Source of the DNA: an uncultured delta proteobacterium
GTDB lineage: Bacteria > Desulfobacterota > Binatia > UBA9968
Direction: 5' to 3'
DNA: 33,822 nucleotides
Assembly (NCBI GenBank): GCA_963755715.1
Contig: CAVWLW010000070.1
Location: 1-33,822 of the forward strand
Shown here: positions 8,911-18,518 of the stretch, one piece after another
Numbering within the stretch: position 1 is the first letter of the stretch
How the letters are laid out: the number at the start of each line of letters is the position of its first letter
Notes under the pieces: model-generated
Told to the model about the DNA's origin: nothing
What the model saw: the letters and a program-made list of their open reading frames with translations, nothing else
The model's database searches: none
Program-made: the position numbers and the translations under genes

Positions 8911-9078
8911 GATCTCGGGCGGGTTTTTTTCACTGGATGGGATACTCAGGTGAAACTCCGTAGCGCCAGCTCTGGAAACTTTTTTTCATTTCGATCCGCT
9001 CTAGCACGCACGCTCGTCGCCGTCCAACTGCGCGGCGGCGCTGCGCTGTTGGCATGATCTTCCGAAGCGCGTCGCGCC

Positions 9079-10080
9079 CTATTTGAAAACGCCGTCCCTT
9101 TCGAGCTTGCGCACGAGGCGCTCGTCGACCAAGTCTTCCGCTTTGAGCTTGGCGAATTTAGCATCGATGCGGCTCAAGATGCGCACCGTATTGCGCACGC
9201 CCTCGACGGTCGGAAAAATGCGCCGGCTATAAAGCGCGCGCATCGCTTCTTGGCCTGCCACGGCGTCCTCCACTTGCGGCAGGCGTAGCCATTTCATCAA
9301 AATATTCACGACGCTCTGTTTGTTGGCCGCATCCTGAAAATAAGCGACCGACTTGGCGATGGCCTTGAGCGCTCGCTCCGCCACATCGGGTGACTGATCG
9401 AGAAAACTTTTGCGCGCGACGATGCCGACTCCTTGATAAGGGATGTCGACTTTGGCGAGATCTTGCAAGACGCGAAATCCCTGGCGCTGCACCACCTTGC
9501 TAAACGTGTAGCCAAGATAGGCGGCATCGACAGTACCGCCGATCAACCCTTGCGCGAGCACCGCCTGATCACCGACGATACGGAATTGGATTTTGTCGCG
9601 CTCCGGCACGAGCCCCCAATGATCGAGAGCCAACATCGTAAACGTCCAAACGCCGCCGCCGATGCTCTGAATACCGATAAATTTTCCCTTGAGATCCGCC
9701 GGCGCGGCGATCTTCGGCGCGACCACGAAATCTCCGTCGAGCTTGTTGACGATCCCCGCGATAAAGGCGAGATCGAGTCCCGCGGCCATGGCGCCCAAGC
9801 TCGCGCCGGTAGCGGACACGCTGTAAAACTGCGCTTCATTCGCGGCGAGCGCGGAAACCGCTACCTGGCCATTACGAACTTGAACGATCTGCGCGTCGAG
9901 CCCCTGCTCCTCGAAAAAGCGCAGGTCTTTGGCGACGAAAATATAACCGGTGCGCTCGTTGAAACCGGCAAACACGAACACGACTTTGTGCAGCGGCGTG
10001 GCCGCGCCCGCAGCGGGAATGATCGTAAGCAGAATAAATATAGCGCCGAGCAATCGCTGCAAGGTTCGGTGGGAAAACAT
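9079..10080 (-). CDS. ABC-type substrate-binding protein, NMT1/SsuA/THI5-like
   Basis: Signal peptide, VAKDLRFFEEQGLD, ADLKGKFIGI and GTVDAA motifs; GGGAGG RBS. Confidence 0.9.
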   Translation of the reverse strand: MFSHRTLQRLLGAIFILLTIIPAAGAATPLHKVVFVFAGFNERTGYIFVAKDLRFFEEQGLDAQIVQVRNGQVAVSALAANEAQFYSVSATGASLGAMAAGLDLAFIAGIVNKLDGDFVVAPKIAAPADLKGKFIGIQSIGGGVWTFTMLALDHWGLVPERDKIQFRIVGDQAVLAQGLIGGTVDAAYLGYTFSKVVQRQGFRVLQDLAKVDIPYQGVGIVARKSFLDQSPDVAERALKAIAKSVAYFQDAANKQSVVNILMKWLRLPQVEDAVAGQEAMRALYSRRIFPTVEGVRNTVRILSRIDAKFAKLKAEDLVDERLVRKLERDGVFK

Positions 10081-10160
10081 GATTGAGACCTCCCGTGACG
10101 AGGACGATCGACCGTTGAACGAACCAACCTATCTCGCAAAGCGCGGCAACTCTATTTTGC

Positions 10161-10189
10161 CCAATACTCCATCACTCCAGTATTCCATC
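10161..10189. repeat. 8-bp tandem repeat (CCAATACT CCATCACT CCAGTATT CCATC), single arm of a REP-like family
   Basis: Directly visible 8-nt periodicity in the intergenic space. Confidence 0.55.
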
Positions 10190-10215
10190 TCTTCATTCTT
10201 CAGCGCGCTCGCGGA

Positions 10216-11544
10216 TCAGCGTATTTCACGCGCTCCCGGCGCGGCCACGTAGAGCACGATCATGCACAGGGTGCCGGCGATACTCATCGCGGCCGCGGCC
10301 ATCGGCGCGCCGAGTAGCGCCGATAAAGCTCCGATCAGCAAACCGCCGAGCAGCAACAAGACCTGCGTCATATGAAAAATCGCGATCGTGCGGCCGCGAA
10401 ACTCAGGCGGCGAATAAGTTTGAATCACGGTTTGCACGAGTGCATGGGAACTGACGTGACAGATTCCGATGATCGCCATCAAAGCCATCGACAGCGAAAA
10501 CCAGGACGACACCGAAAAAATCACTACCAGCACGCCGTAGAGCGCAACGCCGCCGACCATGAGCAGACCGCGTGGCATGCGGTCGCCAATGGAAGCGATG
10601 ACCAGCGAGCTGCACAGGGCGCCGATTCCCATCGCGGTCAAGAGCAAACCTTGGCCTTTGGCGCCGACGTGAAGTAGATCGCGCGCAAATACCGGTAAGA
10701 GCGTGCTGAAAGGAATCATAAACAGCGCCGCGATGATGACCACGAGCAAGCCGCTGCGCACTTCGACCTTGCGCCAGCTAAACTTCCATCCCTCGACGAT
10801 GCTTTGGCCGAAGCTCTCGCCATGAGCCGGGTGTCCCGACTGATAGCGCGCCGAGCTCATCTGCAAGGTCCACACGGTGGCCAGGAGAAAAAACACGGCT
10901 TGCACCGCGTAGGAGAATCCGGTGCCGAAAAGTGAGATCAGCACGCCCGACAGGGCCGGCCCCGTGCTGCGCGCCATATTGAACACCACCGCGTTCAGGC
11001 CGATCGCGTTGGTTAGATTTTTCGCCGGCACCGAGTCGGAGATCATCGCCGCGCGCGAAGGTTGGAGAAAAACCTGCACGCACGCCATCAAAAACGCCGT
11101 CACGTAAACATGCCACGGTCGGATCAACGCGGTGAAAATCAGCGCGGCGGTTACGGCGTACAGAAAGCCATTGGCGAACTGCGCGCTCACCACTTGAAAC
11201 TTGCGCGAATAACGATCGGCCGTGGTGCCGGCGATCGGCGAGAGCAAAAGAAACGGGATCGCTTGAATGCCGCGCACCAGCCCCAAGTGCAAAGCGGAGT
11301 TGGTCAGCTCGTAAATCAGCCAGCCGCGCGTCACCTGATCCATCCAGGTGCCCATCGATGAGAAAACCTGGCCGTACCAGAGCAAGCGATATTCCCGGTG
11401 GCGCAGCGCTTCAAAGGCGCGCAGACGCACTAGAAGCTCAATCGGATACCAGAGCTTTTCATCCGTGGTGGGTTCGGCCACAGTCTCGGCAGCCGCTTCG
11501 ATCTTTGCTTGTTTAGTGAATCTTGCTGCCAGAACGATCTCCAA
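10216..11544 (-). CDS. MFS transporter (paralog of 7628..8910)
   Basis: Uninterrupted ORF with the same motifs (REYRLLWYG, GTTADRYSRK, SPPEFRGR). The true start may be GTG at about 11482. Confidence 0.92.
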   Translation of the reverse strand: MEIVLAARFTKQAKIEAAAETVAEPTTDEKLWYPIELLVRLRAFEALRHREYRLLWYGQVFSSMGTWMDQVTRGWLIYELTNSALHLGLVRGIQAIPFLLLSPIAGTTADRYSRKFQVVSAQFANGFLYAVTAALIFTALIRPWHVYVTAFLMACVQVFLQPSRAAMISDSVPAKNLTNAIGLNAVVFNMARSTGPALSGVLISLFGTGFSYAVQAVFFLLATVWTLQMSSARYQSGHPAHGESFGQSIVEGWKFSWRKVEVRSGLLVVIIAALFMIPFSTLLPVFARDLLHVGAKGQGLLLTAMGIGALCSSLVIASIGDRMPRGLLMVGGVALYGVLVVIFSVSSWFSLSMALMAIIGICHVSSHALVQTVIQTYSPPEFRGRTIAIFHMTQVLLLLGGLLIGALSALLGAPMAAAAMSIAGTLCMIVLYVAAPGAREIR

Positions 11545-11680
11545 AAAGGCGAGAGGAGACGAGCTTTCTCGTTGACCTAAAGCCGCGGCACGAAAATACC
11601 TCTTTGCTATATCACGCGCTTAGGTTGAGCGTCCAGCAAGGTGACTGCGTTTGTAGATTGGACTATCAGACAGGACGAAG

Positions 11681-13052
11681 CTATTTGGAATTATCCGTCT
11701 CGTCCGCCGGTGTTGTCTTGACTTGGCGCGCCAAGCGATAGGCCATCGCTGCCAAAACGAAACCGCCAAGAATCAAGATTCCCCAGAGCGTCCACTTTTT
11801 GTAATCCGTCTGCGCGCGCAGCCGTGCCGCCCCTGCCAACGTAACCTGTTCCCCTAGCGAGGCAGTTCTGACTTTGAATTCCGCATCAGTTTTGTAACCG
11901 GGAATCAAGGAATCGATCGGAAACACTGCTGCCTTTGCAGTACTGTTGCCGTAAACAAGTTGAAACGGACCGGCGCCGCGCGCCGCAAAGACCAATTTCT
12001 GTGGCGGCCAACCGATTTGAAGAATCGGCACGCCGTCGCCGACACCACCGCCTTTTTGATCGACTCGCAGCAACCAATAGCGTTCACCGACGTTCGTCAG
12101 CGCGATTTCCGGGCTACTCACTTCGGTCTCATCGCGGCGCAAGCGATAAGCCGTCGCGCTTGTCTGGAGGCGCCACGGCTCGTCGCTTTTGGCGCGAGAG
12201 AATTTGCAGCTGCACCAGACTATTCAATTGCGGCAGGTCGACGCGCAAGCGGTCAAAGGGAAACGGTCCGCCGAGATCGTAACGATATTCACCCGCTTGT
12301 CCGGCGACCCCCTCGCCGTTGATTTTCTGCCAGACCCGTCGCGGCGAAACCACGTCTGCAGCGAGCTCGGCGACGACACTCAAGGATTCGAGAGGCCTCT
12401 GATTCTCCGGCCATGAAACACGCAGGTATTTGAATCTTCCGCCGCGCAGCTCGACTCGATTCTGCTCTAACTGATGGCCGCCGAACGTGAGCCGGACCAA
12501 CGCGGCATGATCCGCGATGGTGTTCCAGGCCGAAAGATCGTCGCTGCCTTCGACCCGCACGCTGCCGACGAAGCCATCGGCGCCGCTCTGCCACTCGAAA
12601 CGCAGGGCCTGGATGGCTTGTCTCAAAGCGCTAGCGTCCAGCAAGTAACCGCGCTGCGGCTTCTTCGACGCGCTTGTCTTGGCCTGCCCGCGCACGGAGA
12701 CAATCGTACCGTCAGCGCGCTTTTCGACGCGCACGTTGAGATCTTCGATCCTATCGCTGACCTCACCGTAGATCGGGAAACCCGGCAGGCTCACCGCCGC
12801 TCCGCTTTCACTGCTCGACGACGCCCGGGGTCGCAAAGCATGCGGCACCACTTCTCCTTGTCCGTTGAACACCCGGACATCACCAAGGTCGGTGCGAGTG
12901 ACGCCACGGTACACGGCCGCGGGAATTTCGAGTTCATAGAGCGCGTCCTGGGCGTCGACGTGAATCGGCATTCCATAGGCAAAATCCTCCGGTCGCTCGG
13001 CGCCAAAGGCGCTGCTTTGCGACAACAGCAACAGGAAGACCAACGTTTTCAT
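11681..13052 (-). CDS. DUF3999-like protein (signal peptide, C-terminal TM anchor), frameshift near 12190
   Basis: MKTLVFLLLL..ERPEDFAYG, DLGDVRVFNGQGEVVPHAL, VEGSDDLSAW, LVFAARGAGPFQLVYG and LWGILILG. ATGA overlap with the upstream DUF2339 stop. Confidence 0.82.
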
Positions 13053-15824
13053 TTTGCCTCCCCGACCGCTGCCGGTGGCACCGGTGAAACATAACCGATC
13101 ACCAGCATCAAGATACCGACACCGATAAAAGACACGATGCGCTCGATGCCGCCGACGTTGGACAAATCGACGAAAAATAATTTTATGACCACGACCGCCA
13201 TCAGACCGGCGCCGGTGAGCCAGAGGGGTCGCATTCGCAACCGCGTCGCCGTCAGCATGGTGCAGAGCGCCAACACGGACCAAAAGATCGACAACGAAGC
13301 CTGGACGATCATCGATCGCATCATCGCGTCGAGGTTGAACGGCACGCCGGCCCAGTGGTGCAGCGTGCGCAAAAGAACTCCGTTGAGCCAAAGAAATGCC
13401 GCACTGCCCAAACTTATGTAGCCGAGTTCCGTTGTGCGGAAGAGCTCAGGCGCGAAAGGCGCGGAACGAACGCGGCGAAACCATGCGAACAGTGCCAAAA
13501 GCGCGGCAATTTGCACGAGATCGAGGGGATTCAACAGCGGCAAATACGGCAAAGGCGCCGGATCGCCGCGACTGGTGAAATTGGCGTGCAGCATCCAGAG
13601 CCAGATGAATCCAGCGAGTGGAATCAGGCCAGCGACCTGATAGGCGCTTGGATAACGGGCGACCGGCCAAGCGATGCGCTCACCTCGATCCGAGAGCCAA
13701 GCCACCAGTACCAGCGGCAACAATGGCCAGCCGACTAGACGCCAAACGTCGCCGCCATGCACCAGTTTCCCGATCCACCAGCCTACTTCCCATGCGGCCA
13801 AGGCGGCGAACAGCCAGACGCCCGCGGCGTGCCACCAATGGGCGAATGAAATCTCGTTCTCATGGCGGCGCAGCAGCCACAGATGGACAGCAAAGGCCAG
13901 CGGCCAGAGGACATAGCCCAAGTATTCAAGCGGATGCGCTGCCCGTGTGGCGTCTCCCAGCGCCAATGCGTACATGAGCGGCAAGAGCGCGATCACTGGG
14001 TAGCGGGCGTCATCCCAGCTCAAGCGGCGCCGCAGAACGCTAAACAGCGCGCAGGACACGGTGACAAACAAAAGAACGATAGGAACGCGGTAGAAACGCA
14101 GTTCGAGGGGATGGACTCTGACATAGGCCGTGATCTCCTCGAATCCGCCGCCGAACCACCAAAGCACTCCCCAACAAAACAGCGCCGTGGCGACGTACGA
14201 TACTTCTTGGCTCAAGCGGTGGCGCTGCTGTTTGAGATACCAGGCGGAAAAAAGGCCGCCTACGCTGATCATGACGCAACCGAGATAAAAGCTATTGAAT
14301 ACCGGCACCGCGCGGAGCGGTTCCTGTGCGCTGAAAAAAAACGCCGCGCCGGCGGCAAACTGCAAAAAAATGCCGAAGCCGCGCGCCAAGATTTTATCCT
14401 GGCGCACGCCGACCCAAACGATCGCGGCGCCTTCCAATGCCCAGACTGCGGCGGTCCAGCGACCGTCGAAGGCGAGCGGGACCGCCAGTGTTCCAAACAC
14501 GACGCCGAGAGCTAGGAATGATTCGACCAGGAGACGGACGTTATTGGTGATACGCGCGAAGAGGATCTTGCCGAGCACGAGATAGAAGAAACTTAACGCG
14601 AGCGCGCTGTAGGCGGCGCCGTATTCCATCTCCTGCACCAGCACGGTCTGTAAGCCGAAGGCGACCAGCGGCACGCCGAACACCAGCGTGCCGTCGACGG
14701 GGTCTTTGATACTCGCCTCCTGGCGGAGCGCGAACAATACGGCGATAGCGACATAGAATAGAAAAAACAGAATAAGGAAAGGCTCCGTGCTGGCGAAGAA
14801 CTCGGATCTGTAGAAACGATCGCCCCAGATTAGGCCGATGAAGAAAGTAAAAGCGAACCCGAGCAGGTTGAGCGACCGCCACGCTTTGAACCAAGCGATG
14901 AGAAGAATGCCCAAATTGAGCAGCGCGTAGAAACTGAACAGCGCAACGTGGCTGCCGCTTCCCGTAGACGCCAGGATCGGCGCGAGAAATCCACCGCTGA
15001 CACCCATCGCCGCCAGCGACCGGGAATCTTGCAGCACCGCGAGCATCGCCGAGAACACCGCCATCGCCGCGAGCAAGGCGAAAACCAAGCCGGCGGGCAA
15101 TAATTGATACAACCTGAAGGCGGCAAACACCGTGATATAAAGCACGCCGATGCCGCCGCCTTGCATGATCAAGCCGTAACCGGGACGCGACTCGCGCAGA
15201 CGCCAACCGATGCCGAGCATGACGAGCGCGCCCAGAGCAACGCCGATCAGCCGCGCTTCGATGGAAATCTCGATATGCTCCGAAGCGTACTTGAGCAGAA
15301 AGGCGACGCCGAAAAACAACACGATGACGCCAAAGCGCACCAACGTGTTGCCGCCGAAAAAAAAGTTCCAGAGCACTGAAGGCTCAGGCGGCGTACTTGG
15401 AGCAGCGGTTCGAGGCAACTCGGGTTGCCTTGTGAAGGTCGGGCCGTCCGAATCTGACCGAGGCGGTTGCGTCGGCGGCCGTGGCTCGATCGGTGCCCTT
15501 TGGGGTGATGTTTGCGGCGTAACCGGCGAAGGCGTTTGCGAAGCGGTGTCAGCTGCCTCGGCCGGGGATGGCTCATGCTTCTCTGTGACGGGAGCTATCT
15601 CGGGTTTCGCCTCAGCTCGCGGCGCGCGTTCCAATGCTGCGACGCGCTCCTGCAGATATCGAATCGATGCTTCGAGTCTCGCCAGCCGTTCATCTCCACC
15701 GCCCTTGAGGTTCTGCGCCCAGCGCCCAGCCGACTCCGGCCCCGGCCAGGGCGCCTATGACTGCGCCGGCTCCGCCGCCGATGGCGCCGATGAATCCGCC
15801 GATGATCAAACCGAGAAACCACAT
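13049..15824 (-). CDS. DUF2339-like large polytopic membrane protein, frameshift near 15718
   Basis: ATG 15824 (GGAGGTG RBS), MWFLGLIIGG.., coiled coil and Pro-rich linker, GGNTLVRFGVIVLFFGVAFLLKY, GGFLAPILASTGSGSH, KLFFVDLS..RIVSFIGVG. Confidence 0.88.
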
Positions 15825-16034
15825 CAATCACCTCCACATTCCGTCGCCACGAGCGCCGACTCGACGCAAGTTAAGCGCCATCTGCTGACGCTTGAGGGCA
15901 GAATAGCAGAGATCGATCTTGCACGGGTACGCAATTATTGAAGGACGAGAAGCAAACGCTGACAAATACAAAAATGGCGGGGTAGGACCTATCGTGCGAT
16001 GAGAGAAAGATGAATCGTAAAAGGAATCCGCGGG

Positions 16035-16673
16035 TCAATTTAAAGTCACGTATTTTTCCAAACGCGCAACTTCTTTCTTATCGACATATTTACCGATCTC
16101 TTTGCGGAACTGCTCGATGTTTTTGTAGGGGCGATATTCCTTGAATTCGCGCAGCATGCGCTTGCCCAGGCCGGGAATCGTGAGAATGTCGTCATCGCTC
16201 GCGCTATTCAGAGGGATCGGCACGAAAACATATTGCTCGAGGCGGGCGACTTCTTTTTGATCGACGTACTTGCCGATCTCCTTGCGAAACTGGGCGATCG
16301 TCTTATACGGACGATACTCCTGAAACTCGCGCGACATCCGATTCCCCACTCCGGGAATCAATAAGATCTCATTCGGCGCCACGGTGTTGAGATTGATCTG
16401 CACGAACATCTTGCCGTAAAGCTCGGCCAACTGGTCCTTGCTCAACGTCTTGGAAAGCAGCGTGTTCAGATCGGCCATGCTCAAGAACGGCCGCTGTTCC
16501 ATGATACTCTTAGCGAGCGCCGCGGTCATGTGCGGCAGCGCTAGTATTTCCTTCTCGCTCGCCAGATCGGGATTCACCAGTTGCGATTGGCCCGCTTGGC
16601 TGTGACCGGTATCCGGCATGGTGATGAGCGCAGCCAGCGCGCAGGCGAATACGATACTTTTGATCCCGTTCAT
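16035..16673 (-). CDS. Exported protein with three tandem ComEA-like helix-hairpin-helix domains
   Basis: Signal peptide followed by three 60-aa units; INLNT..EILLIPGVG and IPLNSAS..ILTIPGLG are HhH motifs. Confidence 0.82.
   Translation of the reverse strand: MNGIKSIVFACALAALITMPDTGHSQAGQSQLVNPDLASEKEILALPHMTAALAKSIMEQRPFLSMADLNTLLSKTLSKDQLAELYGKMFVQINLNTVAPNEILLIPGVGNRMSREFQEYRPYKTIAQFRKEIGKYVDQKEVARLEQYVFVPIPLNSASDDDILTIPGLGKRMLREFKEYRPYKNIEQFRKEIGKYVDKKEVARLEKYVTLN
16038..16397 (-). repeat. Intragenic tandem duplication of a 180-bp HhH unit
   Basis: Units 16218-16397 and 16038-16217 are identical at 41 of 60 aa by manual count; a more diverged third unit lies at 16398-16577. Confidence 0.85.
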
Positions 16674-16674
16674 C

Positions 16675-17130
16675 TCATTCTCCTTTTTCCTTGGCGCCGC
16701 TGAGCGCCGGATGTTTAAAAGTGTAAGTCCATCCGATCAATCCCAACTGCATCATCGCGCCGGGCGCGAGTAACGGCGGCGCCTTGCCCTTAACCGCCGC
16801 CCAGAATAAGGGCCAACCGCGGAGCGAAGGGTTGGATTCCAATTTGAATTCGGCGCTGCCCTGATAGTGAAAATAGATTCCCGCTAAGCCGCTCGCAATG
16901 AAGCCGATGAAGATCGCCCGCAAGACTCGGACGCTTCGCGCCGTTGATTGAAGCCCATGCCATCCGGACGCCAATAAGCCAAGCCCAATCAAAATTAACG
17001 GAATCCACTGGCGCCAGTCTTCCGTGTGATCGAGTAGAATCAATTCCGCGCCGCTGCCGATCATGCCCAATAAGAGAATCGCGAACAGCACGATACGGAT
17101 CGTCGTCATCGTTGTTTTAGAAGGGTTCAT
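16675..17130 (-). CDS. Hypothetical ~4-TM membrane protein
   Basis: Four hydrophobic segments with ELILLDH, IYFHY and PPLLAPG motifs. The stop is 1 nt before the HhH gene start and its 3' end supplies the AAGGAG RBS. Start is 17130 or 17109. Confidence 0.78.
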   Translation of the reverse strand: MNPSKTTMTTIRIVLFAILLLGMIGSGAELILLDHTEDWRQWIPLILIGLGLLASGWHGLQSTARSVRVLRAIFIGFIASGLAGIYFHYQGSAEFKLESNPSLRGWPLFWAAVKGKAPPLLAPGAMMQLGLIGWTYTFKHPALSGAKEKGE

Positions 17131-17328
17131 ACAGAGAGGGCGAGCGCGGTGCGACGGCGCTAAGACATGCTTAGCTCAAGAACGACTTTGGGTCAAAAGC
17201 GCGGCCCGCTGCCACCCTTCGTTGATGTTTCAAAAAAGATTCTTAGCGGGTGCAGCAAGCGTAAAGCAGTCGGCGATAAGGCGAGTCCTGGGTAAGACGA
17301 AACGGGAGCCGACGCGCATTGCAATCTC

Positions 17329-17380
17329 GCAGCGGCAACTTGAGCCTTTGAGTTGCCGCTGCCGGTGTGCGACGACACCG
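17329..17380. other. Two adjacent stem-loops in a 490-bp divergent intergenic region
   Basis: GCAGCGGCAACT-N10-AGTTGCCGCTGC (12-bp perfect stem, 17329-17362) directly followed by CGGTGT-N6-ACACCG (17363-17380). Confidence 0.6.
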
Positions 17381-17619
17381 AGTTCGTCATGCTAAAGCCA
17401 TGCGCAAAATCCGGAGCAGCGACCTTCCTGATAAATTTCCCCTGATAAAAATATAATTCGGGTTCGCGGTAAGGCGGCTCCTCGACACTCGCGGCGGGCG
17501 CAGAAATCATTGCGTAACGTTGCAATATTTTTGCTTCGATCAGCGCTTTTGAAGCGATTGCCAAATGGGCTAAGATGAGTGGTGATTTCAGCGAACGACG
17601 CCTGTACAGAAGGAAGCGC

Positions 17620-18306
17620 ATGAACACACGCTGGACGCGCCTCGGATCGTTTCTATGGCTAATTTCGATGCTAGTTGCGACGCCCAGCCGCGTCTTTACT
17701 GCCGACTCCGCGCCGGCGATGACCGCGCGTGAATCCGGCGCGGGCCTGTATTCTCGACAAGATGTCGAAAGTGACCGTATTGCCACCTTGGAAAAAGGCG
17801 AAGCCCTGACTCCGATCGCCGAGTCCGTCGGCAGCGAGATCTGGTACATGGTGCGCCGCCAACAGGGCTCGGTCGGCTGGGTGCGCGCCGCCGATGTCAT
17901 CCTCAGCAATCAAGCCAAGGACGCATTTAAAGAAAAACAACCCAGCTCGTCGACTTGGTCGGCGCGCACCTCGGGCGGTCGCACTTTTAACGGCACCTGG
18001 AGCCTGGCACCCAATTCGACCGATCAACAGGCCAGCGGTGCCTGGACGTTGAGCAACGCCAGCGGCATGACGGTGCTGCGCGGCAGTTGGAGCGCGGAAA
18101 AACATGCGACCGGCTGGAACGGCACCTGGCAGGCGACCGCGGAGGGACGCGAAGCCGAATACGCCGGCAGTTGGTCGGCTGAATTTCCCCACTTGCACAA
18201 TGCGCGCTTCGCCGAGCTCTTTGAAGCAGCGGCGAAGGAAGCCATCCGCGGCCTGTGGACCGGCGGCAGTGATTCAGGAAGCTGGTCGATCCGAATCGTA
18301 AAATAG
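17620..18306 (+). CDS. Exported SH3b-domain protein with Trp-rich repeat C-terminus
   Basis: Signal peptide, IATLEKGEAL..WYMVRRQQGSVGWV (bacterial SH3 pattern), then eight (G/S)xW motifs. Confidence 0.75.
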   Translation: MNTRWTRLGSFLWLISMLVATPSRVFTADSAPAMTARESGAGLYSRQDVESDRIATLEKGEALTPIAESVGSEIWYMVRRQQGSVGWVRAADVILSNQAKDAFKEKQPSSSTWSARTSGGRTFNGTWSLAPNSTDQQASGAWTLSNASGMTVLRGSWSAEKHATGWNGTWQATAEGREAEYAGSWSAEFPHLHNARFAELFEAAAKEAIRGLWTGGSDSGSWSIRIVK

Positions 18307-18352
18307 CCAGCGGCGCGCTCGAATAGCGCCCACGCCGGCGCATGAAAGATTT

Positions 18353-18382
18353 TTCAATTCACCTCACGCCCCGTGCTATAAT
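18353..18382 (+). promoter_or_regulatory. Candidate sigma70 promoter of the MoxR operon
   Basis: Extended -10 TGCTATAAT at 18374-18382 with a weak -35 TTCAAT 18 nt upstream of the hexamer. Confidence 0.55.
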
Positions 18383-18518
18383 GCCGCGGATCGCCGGCCG
18401 ACGGGTGCCCCGCCATCTTGCAAAAGCGCCGGCTCGTTTAGGACAAACCATCCTTAGCCGATAGAACGCGACGATATGGGACATGCGCCAACCGCTCTGC
18501 ATCGTTGAAAGGAGTCTC

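Noticed and set aside
17269-17313. GAGTC..GACGAAAC looks like half of a hammerhead ribozyme core
   Set aside because: The required CUGAnGA is absent (sequence reads AAGGCGAG) and no suitable stem III/cleavage triplet is evident.
17193-17909. 238-aa minus-strand ORF, and other long antisense ORFs such as 15210..15941, 22651..23373 and 30775..31569
   Set aside because: They are shadows of well-supported genes on the opposite strand in GC-rich DNA, with no recognisable motifs.
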